Assembly (NCBI RefSeq): GCF_963921235.1
Contig: NC_086107.1
Location: 93,870,001 to 93,934,000 of the forward strand
Source: Mobula hypostoma
Lineage: Eukaryota
Length of the DNA stretch: 64,000 nt
Reading direction: 5' to 3'
Shown here: in pieces, positions 24,719 through 37,967 of the stretch
Position numbering within the stretch: position 1 is the first letter of the stretch
How the letters are laid out: each line of letters begins with the position of its first letter
Program-made: the position numbers and the translations under genes
The notes under the pieces: generated by a model
The model's input: only the letters and a program-made list of their open reading frames with translations
Database searches by the model: none
What the model was told of the DNA's origin: nothing

Positions 24719-27700
24719 TCAAGGATATCTTCAAGAGGTAGTGCCTTAAGAAGGCTGCATCCATCGTTAAGGACCCTGTGTACATTCTCCCTGTGACCAA
24801 GTGGGTTTCCTCTGAGTTCCCTAATTGCTCCCACATTCCTAAGACGTACAGGTTAGGGTTAGTAAGCTACAGGCACGTTATGTTGATGCCGAAAGCACAG
24901 CGACACTTGCACATTCTCCGACTGTGTTGGTTGTTAACACAAATGACATATTTCACTGTATTTTTCAATGTTTCAATGTACATGTGACAAATAAAGCGAA
25001 TTTTTCTGTCTCTTTATATAGACCAGTTATAATAAACCTGACTCTGAAAAAAAGGGTAGCAGAAATTATAGATGATCAGTTCTTCTCCGTATCTTTGTCC
25101 AAAGGCAGAGAATTCAATGGAAACATCCAAATGCAGGAAAATATGGACCAAAAATCAAACATAGCACCTCCAGTCTCCATGACCTAACAATACCCTTGAC
25201 ACACCCAACCAGAGCTTATTTTAGTGCTTTCAAATGAATGTTGTTAGGATCATCAGATCAAAACCAACTCAACTGAAATCCAGCAAGCTGACAAATGCCT
25301 TGAGATACCAGATGTTATTTCTCCCAATTTTAGTTTTGAATACCACTCTGACATTTAAAATGAGTATTGATATTTAAACCCTAACCATCAGCTCAAAGTG
25401 GCAGGGTCCATTGACACTGAATCTCCAATAACGAGATCAAGAATCAGAATCAGGTTTTATTATTACCGGCATGAGTCGTGGAATTTGTTAAATTAGCAGC
25501 GGCAGTTCAATGCAATACCTAATGTAGAAGAAAATAATAACAAATAAATCAATTACAGTATACATATTGAATAGATTAATAATCGTGCAAAAACAGAAAT
25601 AATATTTAAAAAGTGAGGTAGTGTTCACGGGTTCAATGTCCATTTAGGAATCGGATGGCAGAGGGGAAGAAGCTGTTCCTCAATTGCTGAGTGTGTGCCT
25701 TCAGGCTTCTGTACCTCCTACCTGATGGTAACAGTGAGAAAAGGGCATGCCCTGGGTGCTGGGGGTCCTTAATAATGGACTCTGCCTTTCTGAGACACGA
25801 GGGATCATTTTCCCAATGCCACATACTAATACCCTAACCCTCAGGTTAGTTCTTCTTTTGTATTTCTAAAGAATAATAACATTTACATGGACAGAAGGGG
25901 TTTTAAGGGATGTGGGTCGTAAGTGGGCAAACAGGTTTAAGATGGGGAGCACCACTGCTGGGCTAAAGGGCCCATTTACATGCAGTATTGCTCTATGACT
26001 GTAACACTATTCACAGCCTGAGATGGATCACCACAAAGTTAAACATTACAAATATTTAATTTGTAAAAGTCCACATAATTGCAATTGCTTTCAGGAAGTT
26101 ATTTTTAACTCAGCTCATCCCTGTTTAAACACCTGATTCCTGCAGATATACAAAGGTCCAGGTGGAAACCATATTTCTCTGTATGCAGCTGAGACATAAC
26201 CACCAGGAACATGCCGACTCAACTCCTGGTCCGTGGGGAATCTTACTGACTCCAGCAGGGACAGTATGATTAACCTTAGTTCCTATCAGTACAAGTGTGA
26301 AATTACCAGCCAGGGGTCTACAGAGTTTCAAGAGCAGAAGATTGGGCTCCCCTTCCAGAGCTGGGTACAGTCTCAGTCAATGCCAAGATGCTAAAAAGTG
26401 ATTCTCAATATTTCTTAAAGCTAAGTATTAACTTTATTTGTCACATGTACATTAAAACATCAAAACATACAGTGAAATGTGTCATCTTGCATCAAAAAAC
26501 CACAGTCCGAGGATGTGCTGGGGCAGCCCACAAATGTCACTATGATTCTAAAGCCAATATAGCATGTCCACAACTCAGTAACCCATACACCTTTGGAAAG
26601 TTGGTGGAAACAGGAGCACCCGGTTTGTAAGGAGACCATACAAACTCCTTACAGACAGAGGCGGGAATTGAACTCAACACACTGGCACTGTTAAGTGTAT
26701 ACTAACTGTTACACTACTGTGTCGAATTATTTGATCACTTAGCCATTTAGTGCTGCTATGTGCACATGTAGAGGAATGGGGTGATAAAAGTAAAATGCTT
26801 GCTTATCACTGTAACAGGCAGGTAAGATAAGTCATAGCTTGAAACTCAAAAGAACATGTCAATTTCTTGATTGTTAACAACAACTCAAGCTGGAGAATGT
26901 TATGGAACAGAGGGACCAAGGAATACAAGTGCACAGTTCACGGAAAGCAGCATCACAGGCACAAAGAAAGGAAGATTTAAAGATTAGCTTTATTTGAAAC
27001 AGAGTGAAATGCTTCATTTACATCAATGAGCAACACAGTCCAAGGGTGTGCTGGCAGCAGTCTGAAAGTGTCGCCGTGCTTCCGATGCCAGTCCTGGCAT
27101 GCCCACAACGTACTAACCCCTAACCTGTACAGTATGTCTTTGGAATGTGGGAAGAAACTTGAGCACCCTGAGGAAACCCACACAGTCACAGGAAGAACAT
27201 ACAAACTCCGTACTGGGCCGCCAGGTAATAGAGTGGTGAAGGAGGCACATGGCATGCTGGGCTTCATTAGTCAGGGCACTGAGTGAAGTCAGGGAGTTAT
27301 GTTGCAGTTGTTGAGGCCACACTTGTAACAGTCTGTAAGACTCAGGGGTTCCCCGCCTTCTTTTTTTGCTATGGACCCTTACCATTTACTGAGGAGTCCA
27401 TGGACCCCAGGTTGGGAAAAACTGGGTAAGTCAATGTCAAATTTATTATCACATGCATGAGCATATGTAGGTACAGGTGCAATGAAAAACTTACTTGCAG
27501 CAGCATTCACAAAAAAAACATTGAACATTAAGAAGTTGTGGCCATCCTGGAAAGATGCCATTAAGCTAGAAGGATGTTGTTTGGACTGAGTCACCGGGAG
27601 AGCTTGTGTAGACTAGAACTTTCTCCTGGAATGTAGGAAATTGAGAAGTGACACGACAGCAGTGTATGAATCAGAACAGAGTGAAGGCCCATGGTCTCTT

Positions 27701-30394
27701 TCCCAGAGAGGGGATGCTAAGATTAAGAGAGTATAGGTTTAAGATTAGAGGAAAATTTCAAAGGGACATCAGGGGCAGCTTCTTCACACTGAGATGCTAT
27801 ATTCATTTAGTTGAGATGTCATGCACAATTCCCTCAGTGAATATAAAAGATTCCATGTGACTGTTCAAACGGCAAGTAGTTCTGGTGTCACTCAAATAAA
27901 ACGACCACTAACTGTTATAAAGCCATAAGACATAGGAACAGAATGGTTATCTGGTGGATTTGAACATTACAGCATGCGGGGCAATTCTTGGTGCACTTAG
28001 ATCATTATTTTCCTACATTAGTGGTTGCATCAGATAAAGTGACTGTAAATGCTGTATTATCTGTGAAATGCATTAGGATTCACTGAGATCATAAAAAGTG
28101 TTACACAAATCCAAGTTCTTTCTCAATAAACACACCACCGTTTGCCCCGCCTGTAAACAATTATGCAAGTGCAAAGAATGTCAATGTTTTTTTTAAACAC
28201 ATGCTTCTTGACAACATTTTTTTCTTCTAAAAACTGAAGTTCAAAATAATTATAAAGGTTTCAGTCTCAAGTCATCCATGCCTTTCTTCAAGAGAGTAAT
28301 GATGCTCGAACACTCCTGGCAATGTCAGCCAAGATCAAACTTTACTGTAGTGTTGCTGCATGTCATTAGTTTTTATTCAGACCACTTATTTTTGATAGCT
28401 GTTTTATTTTTGCTTTTACCCCTCCCGGTGGCACCAATTATTGTTGGAAGTATATACTTCACAAGGGGCAGCTGCCTTCTCCTAGCTCAGTTAGAAAGCT
28501 GCTTGTCACATCGAGGGCTGACTATTCCAACCTAGAAGGAATGCTAAATTCTCAAGGGTCAGAAGCAGCAATGGAATTTCTCATTACCCCATCCTGAACC
28601 CAAAGGCTGCAAAGGCATGCTGTAGCATTCCCAAACACTGCCTCAGCCAAAATCCTTTAACTCTGCAAAGACAAGGAAGGCACAGGAGTGTAGCAGTTAG
28701 AGTAACTCTATCACAGAGCCAGCAACCCGGATTCACTTCTGTTGCTGTTTGTAAAGAGTTTTACGTTGTCCCCGTGGGACCACATGGTATTCCTCCGGGT
28801 GCTCTAGTTTCCTCCCACATTTCAAAGACAGAGGTTAGTTGGTTAATTGGAGGTCATCGGGCAGAAGCTCAGGAACCCTACCACCAGGCTTAACAACATT
28901 AGTTATTATCCTACAACCACCATGCTCCTGAACTGGCAGGAACAACTTCACACACACAATTCTGAACTGATTTCACAACCTACCGACTCACTTTCAAGGA
29001 CTCTACAGCTCATGTTCTTGGTATTATTTATATTTTTATTTACACAGGTTGTCTAATTTTGCACATTGGTTGATTGTCAATCTTCATTTATGTATAGATT
29101 TTGATAAATTCTATTGTATTATTTTACTTTCATGTAAATGCCTGCAAAAATACGATTCTCATGGGAGTATATGGTGACAGATATGAATTTTGATGATAAA
29201 TTAGCTTTGACTTGGACAAAGGTGTAATTGGGTGGCACAAGCTCATTGGGTCAGAAGGGCCTGCTACCGTGTTGTATCTCTGAATAAAATTAATTCATAA
29301 AATCAAGCATTCTCGCCTGCAAGTTCCACTACTTAGCTCAGAGCTACACAAGCCAATCAGGCAGCTCTTCTTTTATTTCTGGCCTGCAATTTTTTTTCTT
29401 TTGAAACAGTAAATTATGCCCTTCCAAGGGGAAATTTTAACTCATATATTCACCAGGAGAGAAACGAGAAAAAAAACATCAGGTACCCTGCAGCTCCATG
29501 CCTTTGGAGTATACTGTCAAAAGCTTCCTGGGAATAGGTTAGATAAGAATTCTTAATCTTCCTGAACACCAGCCAGGTGAGCAAACCACAAATCATTCAC
29601 TCTGAAATTTGAATAAATGAAATACTTTCCCCCAAGCTTGTTGATATCTAACCAGCAGGACAACTACTTTCTCTTATGACAAAGGACAAAAGAAAAGGTT
29701 GTTCACAGATAATAGGTAATATTCTACTGAATTAAGAACCCTCACCAAAGGACATGCCCTCTTCTCACCACTAACACAAGACCATAAGAGATAGGAGCAG
29801 AATTAAGCCATTTGGCCCATTCAGTTCCCTCCATCATTCTATCATGGCTGGCTGATTTATTATTCTCCTCAACCCCATTCTCCTGCCTTCTCCCCATAAT
29901 ATTTGATGCTCTTACCAATCAATCTCCATTTTGAATATATCCAATGACTTGGCCTCCACAGCCATCTATGGCAATGAATCCCACAGATTCACCACACCCT
30001 GGCTACAGTAATTCCTCTTCATCTCCACCATCAGAGGGTAGGTACAGGGGCCTGAAGGTGCACACTCAATATTTTAGGTAAAGCCTCTTCCCCTCTGCCA
30101 TCAGATTTCTGAATGGTCTAAGAACCAATAAATAGGACCTCATAATTCCCCTTTGTCACCATTTATTTATTTCAGTTCTTCCACTGTAGTAACTTGTTAC
30201 ATTTTGCACTGGACTGCTGCCACAAAACAACAAAGTTCTCAATAAATATCAGTGATAATACAACTCATTCTGACTCGGACTGGACATGGAGGGGATGTTT
30301 CCAACAGCGGGAGAATCTGCTGGATTCACCAGAAAGTGGTGAATCTGTGGAATTCACTGCCACAGATGCTGTGGAGGCGAACTCACTGGGTGTA

Positions 30395-31780
30395 CAGCGG
30401 ATCACGGTTAATTGGACCATGGATTAATCTGGGCAGCCACCTAATTGGGACAACTCTTAAAAACAAACTGAAAAAACAGCTGAGATTCCCTTCACTTATT
30501 TGGGACACTACGCTACTCATTTGGGATAGGAGACTGTTACTGCACATTTTCTAACTAATGTCAGTTACGTTGCCATCAGACAATACACTGTGCTTTGAGC
30601 GAACAGTTTTCAAATAGCATAACCTCATGTTTGTGTTCAAAAAGCAGTGATTTTTGTCACTGATAGTTGGCAAGAAATAAGCAGTAAGACAATTCAGAAA
30701 CACGAGGAAATCTGCAGATGCTGGAAATCCAAGGCAACACACACAAAATGCTGGAGCAACCCTCAACAGGTCAGGCAGCATCTGCGGAAAGGAATAATCA
30801 GCCTACATTTTGGGCTGAGACCCTTCATCAGGACTGGAACTCTTTTGCTTACTGAGGTTTCAAGCATTGAGGCTGGGAGATGTCAGAAATGGCTGGGAGT
30901 GAAAATGAAACGATTTCACTACTTCCAACAAGTTAGGATTCATGAAGAATTTGAAGGTATTGACAATCTTGAATGTTTCAATGAAAATGAAGATTGAGGA
31001 TGCAATTATCGAAAGCATTGTTTGAAGGCAGTCCATTATCTACACTAGGTGTCTGCACTAATTTTATTCATTTACAATCAAAAGGACATGTCAGTATACA
31101 CTGAATTAACTTCTCTGTTGATAATTATTAGGAACTAATACACAGTTTTATAGTAGTTATAGTTTTAGTAGTGCTCTAATTTATTTTGTAGGGTATATGG
31201 GGTATTCCAGGAGGAGCAGCTCACTCACCTTTGGTTCCCACCTGTGGCTCCGAGTAGCTGCTTGCATGCGACAGCAGCCACACCCTGGTACACTACTTCG
31301 ACAAGGGGGCTGAAACAGTTGAGGGTAGCCGGCAGCCTCATACCCCGGTGAGATAGGAACACCCATCCTAGCACGCAAAGTCAGCTCTGGAGGACTGGGC
31401 AGATGAGCTCTACAGTGAGATCCAACAGCCAGGAAGGCGGTTCTATGAAGATGGCATGATAAGGCACAGAAGGTCCACTACATCCAAGGAAGACCCTAGT
31501 TTGTGACACTTGTTCGCATCGCTGCACCAGGACTTCTGAGGTTGAGAGAGTGGAAGTGCCCCAGTGCAATTTTTTTTTCACTTTAAAAACTCTCCTGCAC
31601 AGGTTTCCAATCATCGTCAGACACAAAGGACATCACCAATTTATTCCGTATTTAATTTAAATACATCAGTTGTTATCCAATTAGATGGTAGTTTATCTTT
31701 TTTTTGGCTAATTGGGGCAGCCACTTAATTAGGCCAAAATGTACTAGTCCCAATGTGTCCCAATTAACCGGAACCCACTG
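30395..31780 (+). mobile_element. Tigger/pogo-like non-autonomous DNA element with TIRs, inside a CR1 tail, with two nested insertions
   Basis: TA-cagcggatcacggttaattgga ... tcccaattaaccggaacccactg-(CA). Residual IFVTDSWQEISSKTIQ. Nested Penelope piece at about 30698-30838 and RTE-like piece at about 31190-31637. Confidence 0.75.
31190..31637 (+). mobile_element. RTE-derived short element (5'UTR-like)
   Basis: GC-richer insertion containing cctcataccccggtgagatagg, which resembles RTE 5' regions. Assigned by recognition only. Confidence 0.4.
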
Positions 31781-34700
31781 CATTCAAAGCAGAGGTTGAT
31801 AGGTTCTTGATTAGTAAAGGTATCAAAGGTCGGAGTGTGCAGGCAGGAGAAAGGGATTGAGAGGGAATAATAAATCAGCCATGATGGAATGGCAGAGCAG
31901 AATCGATGGGCTGAATAGCCTAATTCTGCTCCTATGTCTTGTGGTCTTTTAAGAGTCTGACATTCTCAGGCTGGTGAAATCATCAATGGACATCCCTAAA
32001 CATTCAGCTTGATTAGAAAAACTTGAATATAAAGCTAGCCTCTTTAAAAGGTGCCCATGAGCTTGTCAAGATAATTGAAAGAATCAAAACAGTTCAATAT
32101 GGAAGGAAACTTGATATGGTCCACAACCGTCTAATGGCGCACACCAAAATGGTCAACTCCCTGTAGTCTAGAAAAATACTCAGTTGTAACAAAGCACTAA
32201 ACATCATTGTCAAGATGATCTATACTTCATTGTCTATACTTCTTGCTGTCTGTACAAGATGTCTATATTCCTCAGTAAAGCACCCACTCTGGATATTCTC
32301 TCTTCTCCCCGCTCTCATCAGGCAGAAGATACAAAAGCTGAAAGCATCAGGCTCTGATTCTGTCAGAAAGGACAGCTTCTATCCTGCTGTTATAAATTTA
32401 TTGAATGGTTCCCCTGGTATGGTAAGATGAACTCTTGACCTCACAAATTACCTTGTGATCTTGCACATTACTGTTTACCTGAACTACACGTTTTCTGTAG
32501 ATGTTACACTTTATTCTTAATTCTTGTTTTACTCTTAATTTATTGTTTTACCTTGTTCTACCTCAATGATTTCATCTGTATGAACAGTATGCAAGGGCAA
32601 GCTTTTCACTGTATGTCGGTACATGTGACAATAATTAACCAATTTCAGCTTCAGAATAGGCAATGTATGCTGTCTAATTTTTTGGAGGAGAGAGAAATTG
32701 AATATAAAGCAAAAATGTATACAATAATTATAGCGCAAAAGATGGCACTGACCAAAGTTTATACTGGCTGAATACGTCAATCCCAGAGTCCCACACTCCT
32801 TCCCCCTTACCTAACCTTTCAAACTCTCTCCTTTCAGTTACTTATCCAGATTTCTTCTGAGTGCTACAGTTGCATCCACCTTCACAACTGCCTCCAGTTC
32901 CTAACCATCCACTGCATTAAAATCTGTCTTGTCATTTTAGGATCTTTATACAATTACCTTCCTTCCTAGTTCTTAATCCCTTCGCCAACATTAACAGTTT
33001 TTCTTTATCTCCTCTTGTCTAAACTCACATTTATGCCTCAACACACCTCCTTGTAACTTTTTCTGGAGAATAACAGAAGAACCCCAGATTTTCTAATCCA
33101 TCCATAAAACCCTCAAATAATAGGCAAATCTTTTCTGCACCCCGTCCAAAGCCTTTACAGCTCTAAAATGTGGCAGCGAAAATGAGACATAATACTCCAT
33201 TGGTGATTGATCCAGTGTTTTCCACAGATTACTACACGGAGTAAACATCATCAGGTTGAAGACTTTAATGAGATTAAAAAATTAACATGTTACAGCAACA
33301 TTATTATATTTACATCGATTTTTTTCACTACAATATTAACTGGAAAAGTACTTTGAATGAAAATCACTTAAATGTCAGTGGAATTAAAGTTGATCTCATG
33401 TCTTTAAGCAACAAGTTTCAACCCAATTATAATAGTCATCAAGATCATTTCCCTGTTTTTTGACTCAAACCCACAAGATGCGTTTCCCCCCCAGCCCTCT
33501 CTTCCCACTTTCTATCCTTTTCCGGTGCCTGGTGCCCCTAATTTTGTTAAATAACTCCCTCCTGCCGCTCATTTCTGAAGGGACATTTTTATAATCTGAG
33601 GCTCTGTACTCGGTTTCTAGACTCTCCCACTATTCTCTCATTCTCTCCAAGTCCACTCTATCTGGGGTTTTCAATATTCATTCAGTTTCAATGAGATCCC
33701 CCTCATTGCTCTAAACTCAAGCAAGTACAGGCCCAGAGCCATCAAGTAATCCTCATACATGAACACTTTAAGTCCCGCAATCATTCTTGTAAACCTCCTT
33801 TGGACGTTCTCCTATGCCAGCACTTCCTTTCTTAGATAGGAGGCTTAAACTGCTCACAATACTTCAAAGATGACCTGACTAATCCCTTGTAAAGTCTCAG
33901 CAGATTTGTGCCAGCTGCACTCCCACTTGCCTTGCAATGGCGGCCAATTGAACTATAATCAATACTCGTAATGGACTAAATAACTCAGGAACAACAGTTA
34001 CCTTTAAGGATATCTGAATACTGTCATGGTTTATCCTAAATCCAACCAATTGAGTAATGTCACCGTGAGCCAATGAATGAAGGTATACAAGCTCATGTAC
34101 TGGGCTAGCTTGTGCCACACTGGAAGCAATTTGAAAAAGAAAATCATTTAAGTGTGCTCGTGTCAAACACATGATTTAAAGTCAAATGATTCTTGGGATT
34201 TTATCATTTCTATCATATGAAGCACAGAAATTACATGGAAAAGCAGAAAAGGAAATGAGCACTCAGCCACATCATTTGATGGAGGCTATGGATCCGAGCG
34301 GTCTCATCCATCAGAGACAGGACGCTGAACACTTCTTGAGCTAGTTGGTTTAGATCACAGATATATCGAAAAAATTATTTGGCAAGTCCCACACCAGAAA
34401 CTGTATGCTAGATGGACCTTGAACACTTAAACTTACAAAAATTTGGACTATTACTTCCCAGAAGACTAACCCCTTGGGCCTTATGGTGCAGAACCACAAG
34501 TTTCCATGATGCACAATTTAGACTTGGGATGATAGGTTCTTGACTAGTAAGGGCATCAAAAGTTACGGGAGAAGGCACAAGAATATAGTTGAAACGGATA
34601 ATAAATCACCCATGATGGAACAGACTCGATGGGCTGAATGGTCTAATTCTGCTCCTATGTTTTAGGGTCGAACTGCCTATATATATCCAGCAAGCAAAAA

Positions 34701-34971
34701 GATTTCTTAATGACAGGAGCTGTTAAAAGAAGCCGTTGACTACAGACTGCAAATGAGTGTCTAGACAGAAGCCACTTTACATGTCATCTTGCTGAAAATT
34801 AACGTTTCTAGCCCACAGCTACAGATTGCTGAGAATCAAAAGACAAGGTCCCAACATTTGGTGTAAGGGGAAATAATCATTTGGCCGTCATAAAAACGCG
34901 AACAGCACCTTCACTTGCCACTGCACACAATCTCCTGAAGGCAACTGGGAACCACCATTACTTTGCAGACG

Positions 34972-35055
34972 TCATGCTTGCATTCCTAGTTCTCGAGGTG
35001 CTTTGATGGAATTTGTAACCATGAGAAAGATGGCCCCGCCCAGAATTAAATGCCA
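34972..35055 (-). CDS. emc10: EMC10 alternative cassette exon CDS (soluble/HSS1-type C-terminus); whole exon probably 34962-35055
   Basis: Strong acceptor tctttctctctgttttctttcatgcag|TGGCATTTAATTCTGGGCGGGGCC..., phase 0. It translates as WHLILGGAIFLMVTNSIKAPRELGMQA*, homologous to the mammalian alternative C-terminus WHIILGGAVLL.... A candidate donor aaa|gtaatg lies 10 nt after the TGA. Confidence 0.9.
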   Translation of the reverse strand, partial: WHLILGGAIFLMVTNSIKAPRELGMQA

Positions 35056-37434
35056 CTGCATGAAAGAAAACAGAGAGAAAGACCAGCTCATCAAATTCAC
35101 AAATACAAATGGCGCAAAAGATTAGGCAACAGTGAAGCAACATCAACGCGTTGGTTTACGAGAAGCAGCTTTTACAGATGGTCTTTTTCCTTCTCCACCT
35201 GCAGTGTGCACAAACTCAAGAACGTTTCAAGCTATTCCATTGTATGCTTTGCAGATCACAATACTTCCAGAAATGCAGAAGACCTATGTGAAACCCACTG
35301 CAAAAGTTACCCACATCATTGCATACAGGCCTGCCCATTCTTAACCTTTCCAATAATTTCTTTCTTTGAGTTGTTAAAAATGTAGTATCAGGTACCTTGC
35401 ACACATGGATGGACCTAGGTAACTGCTGTTGGCAGACTGACTTACTGGGATGCACAGTTCAACCTACATGTACTGCCACTGAATTCATCAAACTGTATTC
35501 AGGTAGATTCTCTATCCCACAGAGTATTAAGTTACTAACTGTTCTTTCCTAGATGCTGTTTTAAGAAGCATCTCTGCAGCACTACAGGGCACTGCACAAT
35601 ATGCACAAACTGCAAAAGCTCTCTTGTTCAGGTAGTGAAATAAATTCCATTATCACTTTGCAAGTCATGAGATTCGATCACACGAGTTAGACATCTATTG
35701 ATAACGTGTCATCACGGCACTAAGATGGTAATATAGCCAAGCTCAACCCCCAAAACCAGATATGATAGCTACAATTTCATCTTCAACAAGATTAACATCC
35801 TACTCAAAGTAGCAAGACAGGAATTCAGAAGGGAACATCTGAAATATTCACGTAGCATCACCAGTTGTAACTTTTATGCCGTAGTTCCATATGAAAGTGA
35901 ATATCAACCATCCATTCACTTCCATAGATGCTGCCTGACCTGCTGAGTTCCTCCAGCACTTTACATGTGTTGCTCTGGATTTCCAGCTTCTGCAAAATTC
36001 TTGTGCTTATTAACTATCCACTTTCTTTCCATATTATTCAGACCTTCCAAAATATTTGGCAAAGTTTACTTTTATGGCTATCTCTCTTTTCCAATTAGTG
36101 AATCATTTCAAAATATTACTTTCCCACTTAAAATTACAGGCACTCAGAGACAAACCCAAGGCATTCTGAGCAAAACCAGAAGTCCATGAGCCAGTCCTCA
36201 CTGGAGGATCAGAAGTGGAGAGGATTAGCAACTTTAAATTCCTAGGTGTTATTACTTCATAGGATCTGTACCAGACCCAGCATGTAAGCGCAATTACGAA
36301 GGAAGCACGGCAGCACCTCTACTTCCTTAAGAGTTTGAAGCGATTTGGCGTGACATGTAAAACTTTGACAAACTTTATAGATGTGTAGTGGAGGTTATAA
36401 TGAATGGCTGCATCATAGTGTGGTATGAAACACCAATGAGTTTAAATGGATAATCCTACAAAAAGTAGTGGATATGGCCCCATATATGATGGGTAAAGTC
36501 CTCCCAACCACTGAGCACATCTGCATGAAACACTGCGGCAAGAAAGCAGCAAACATCATCAGGGACGCCCACCACCCTGGATGTGGTCTCTTCGGGCCGT
36601 CGCCATCAGAAGGTACAGAAGCCTCAGGACTCACACCACCAGGTTCAGGAACAGTTATTACCCCTCAACCATCAGGCTCTTGAACCAAAGGGGATAACTT
36701 CACTTACCCCATCTTTGAAATGTTCCCACAACTAATGGACTCACTTTTCAAGGACTCTTCATCTTATGTTCTCAATATTTATTGTTTATTTAATTACATT
36801 ATTTTTTTTTCATTTTGCATTTGCACAGTTTGTTGTCTTCTGCACTCTAGTTGAACGCCCTGGTTGGATGGTCTTTCATCGATTCTGTTATAGTTATTAT
36901 TCTATAGATTTGTTGAGTATACCCACAAGAAATGAATCTCAGGGCTATACATGGTGACATATTTGTACTTTATTAATAAAATGTACTTTGAACATTGACA
37001 ATTCCTTCCTCACCACTAATGCTCCTCGATCCTCCCTAGTTCCTCCAGAAGGTTGTTTGTTGCTTCTGAAATTTGGTAATGTACAGGAATAAATTTGGTA
37101 GAACCAAGTCGAGTCAAATAAACAAAACAGGGACATAAAAATTAAACAAAACTGACAGGAAGTGTTAGAACATGTTACAGACTGCTGCTAAGAGGTTATC
37201 ATTTCAATTGCTGCCACTTGAAGCAGTGCAGTGCATTTCAAAGCACTGGGCCATTTGTTGCCATAATACATGGGCTTAGAAAAAGCTGCACAGGGTTATA
37301 GACCCAGCCAGCACATTCATGGGCACTAGACTCGCCTCCATTGAGGATATGTTCAAGAAGTGATACCTCAAGAAGGAGGCATCCATCATTAAACGACTCT
37401 CGCCTTCTATGACATGCTCTCTTTTTAATGCTTA

Positions 37435-37967
37435 CAGTACTGTGCTAAAGTCTTAGGCACATAAGGTGCCTCAGACTTTTGCACAGTACTGTTTTGTCAA
37501 GGTGGAGCAGAGAGCAAGTTTGTATATATGGCAGAAACAAAGACTATTGGGAATGACAAGGGTGGAGTGCCTCTGGAGGGGCATGGGACAGACAGTAGAG
37601 AAGGAGTGCCGGGGTGGAGAGTGTCGGGGTGGCGCGGGTACAGACACACCCAGCCCTGAGACACCAGAAAAGGTCTTTTGATTCCAAACAACTGGTTTAT
37701 TGATCATTACAGAATGTCTCCCAGGTGCTTCCCACTCCCTCCCCTCTCCCTTCCCCTTTTCCCAACCATGATTCCACTCTCCCTGTTCCCTTCCCACTCT
37801 CAGTCCTCAATAGAGACCCATATCAGAATCAGGTTTATCATCACTCACATGTCATGAAATGTGTTTCTTTATTGCGGCGGCAGTACAGTGCAATATATAA
37901 AATTACTACAGTACTGTGCAAAAGTCTTAGGCATCGTATATACCCAAGACTTTTGCACAGAACTCTG
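37435..37967. mobile_element. Composite of two Tc1-like micro-MITEs (37435-37491 and 37909-37967) flanking about 417 bp of cargo
   Basis: Each unit is a hairpin cagtactgtgc(a/t)aaagtcttaggca...agacttttgcacag(t/a)act. The block is inserted at a TA within a Rex/Babar fragment. Confidence 0.75.

Noticed and set aside
33897..34172. 91-aa minus-strand ORF
   Set aside because: No recognisable homology. Only its internal splice-like signals were kept, as a low-interest finding.
34958..35146. 62-aa minus-strand ORF in the track
   Set aside because: It is in the wrong frame and runs through the acceptor. The real cassette exon is in another frame.
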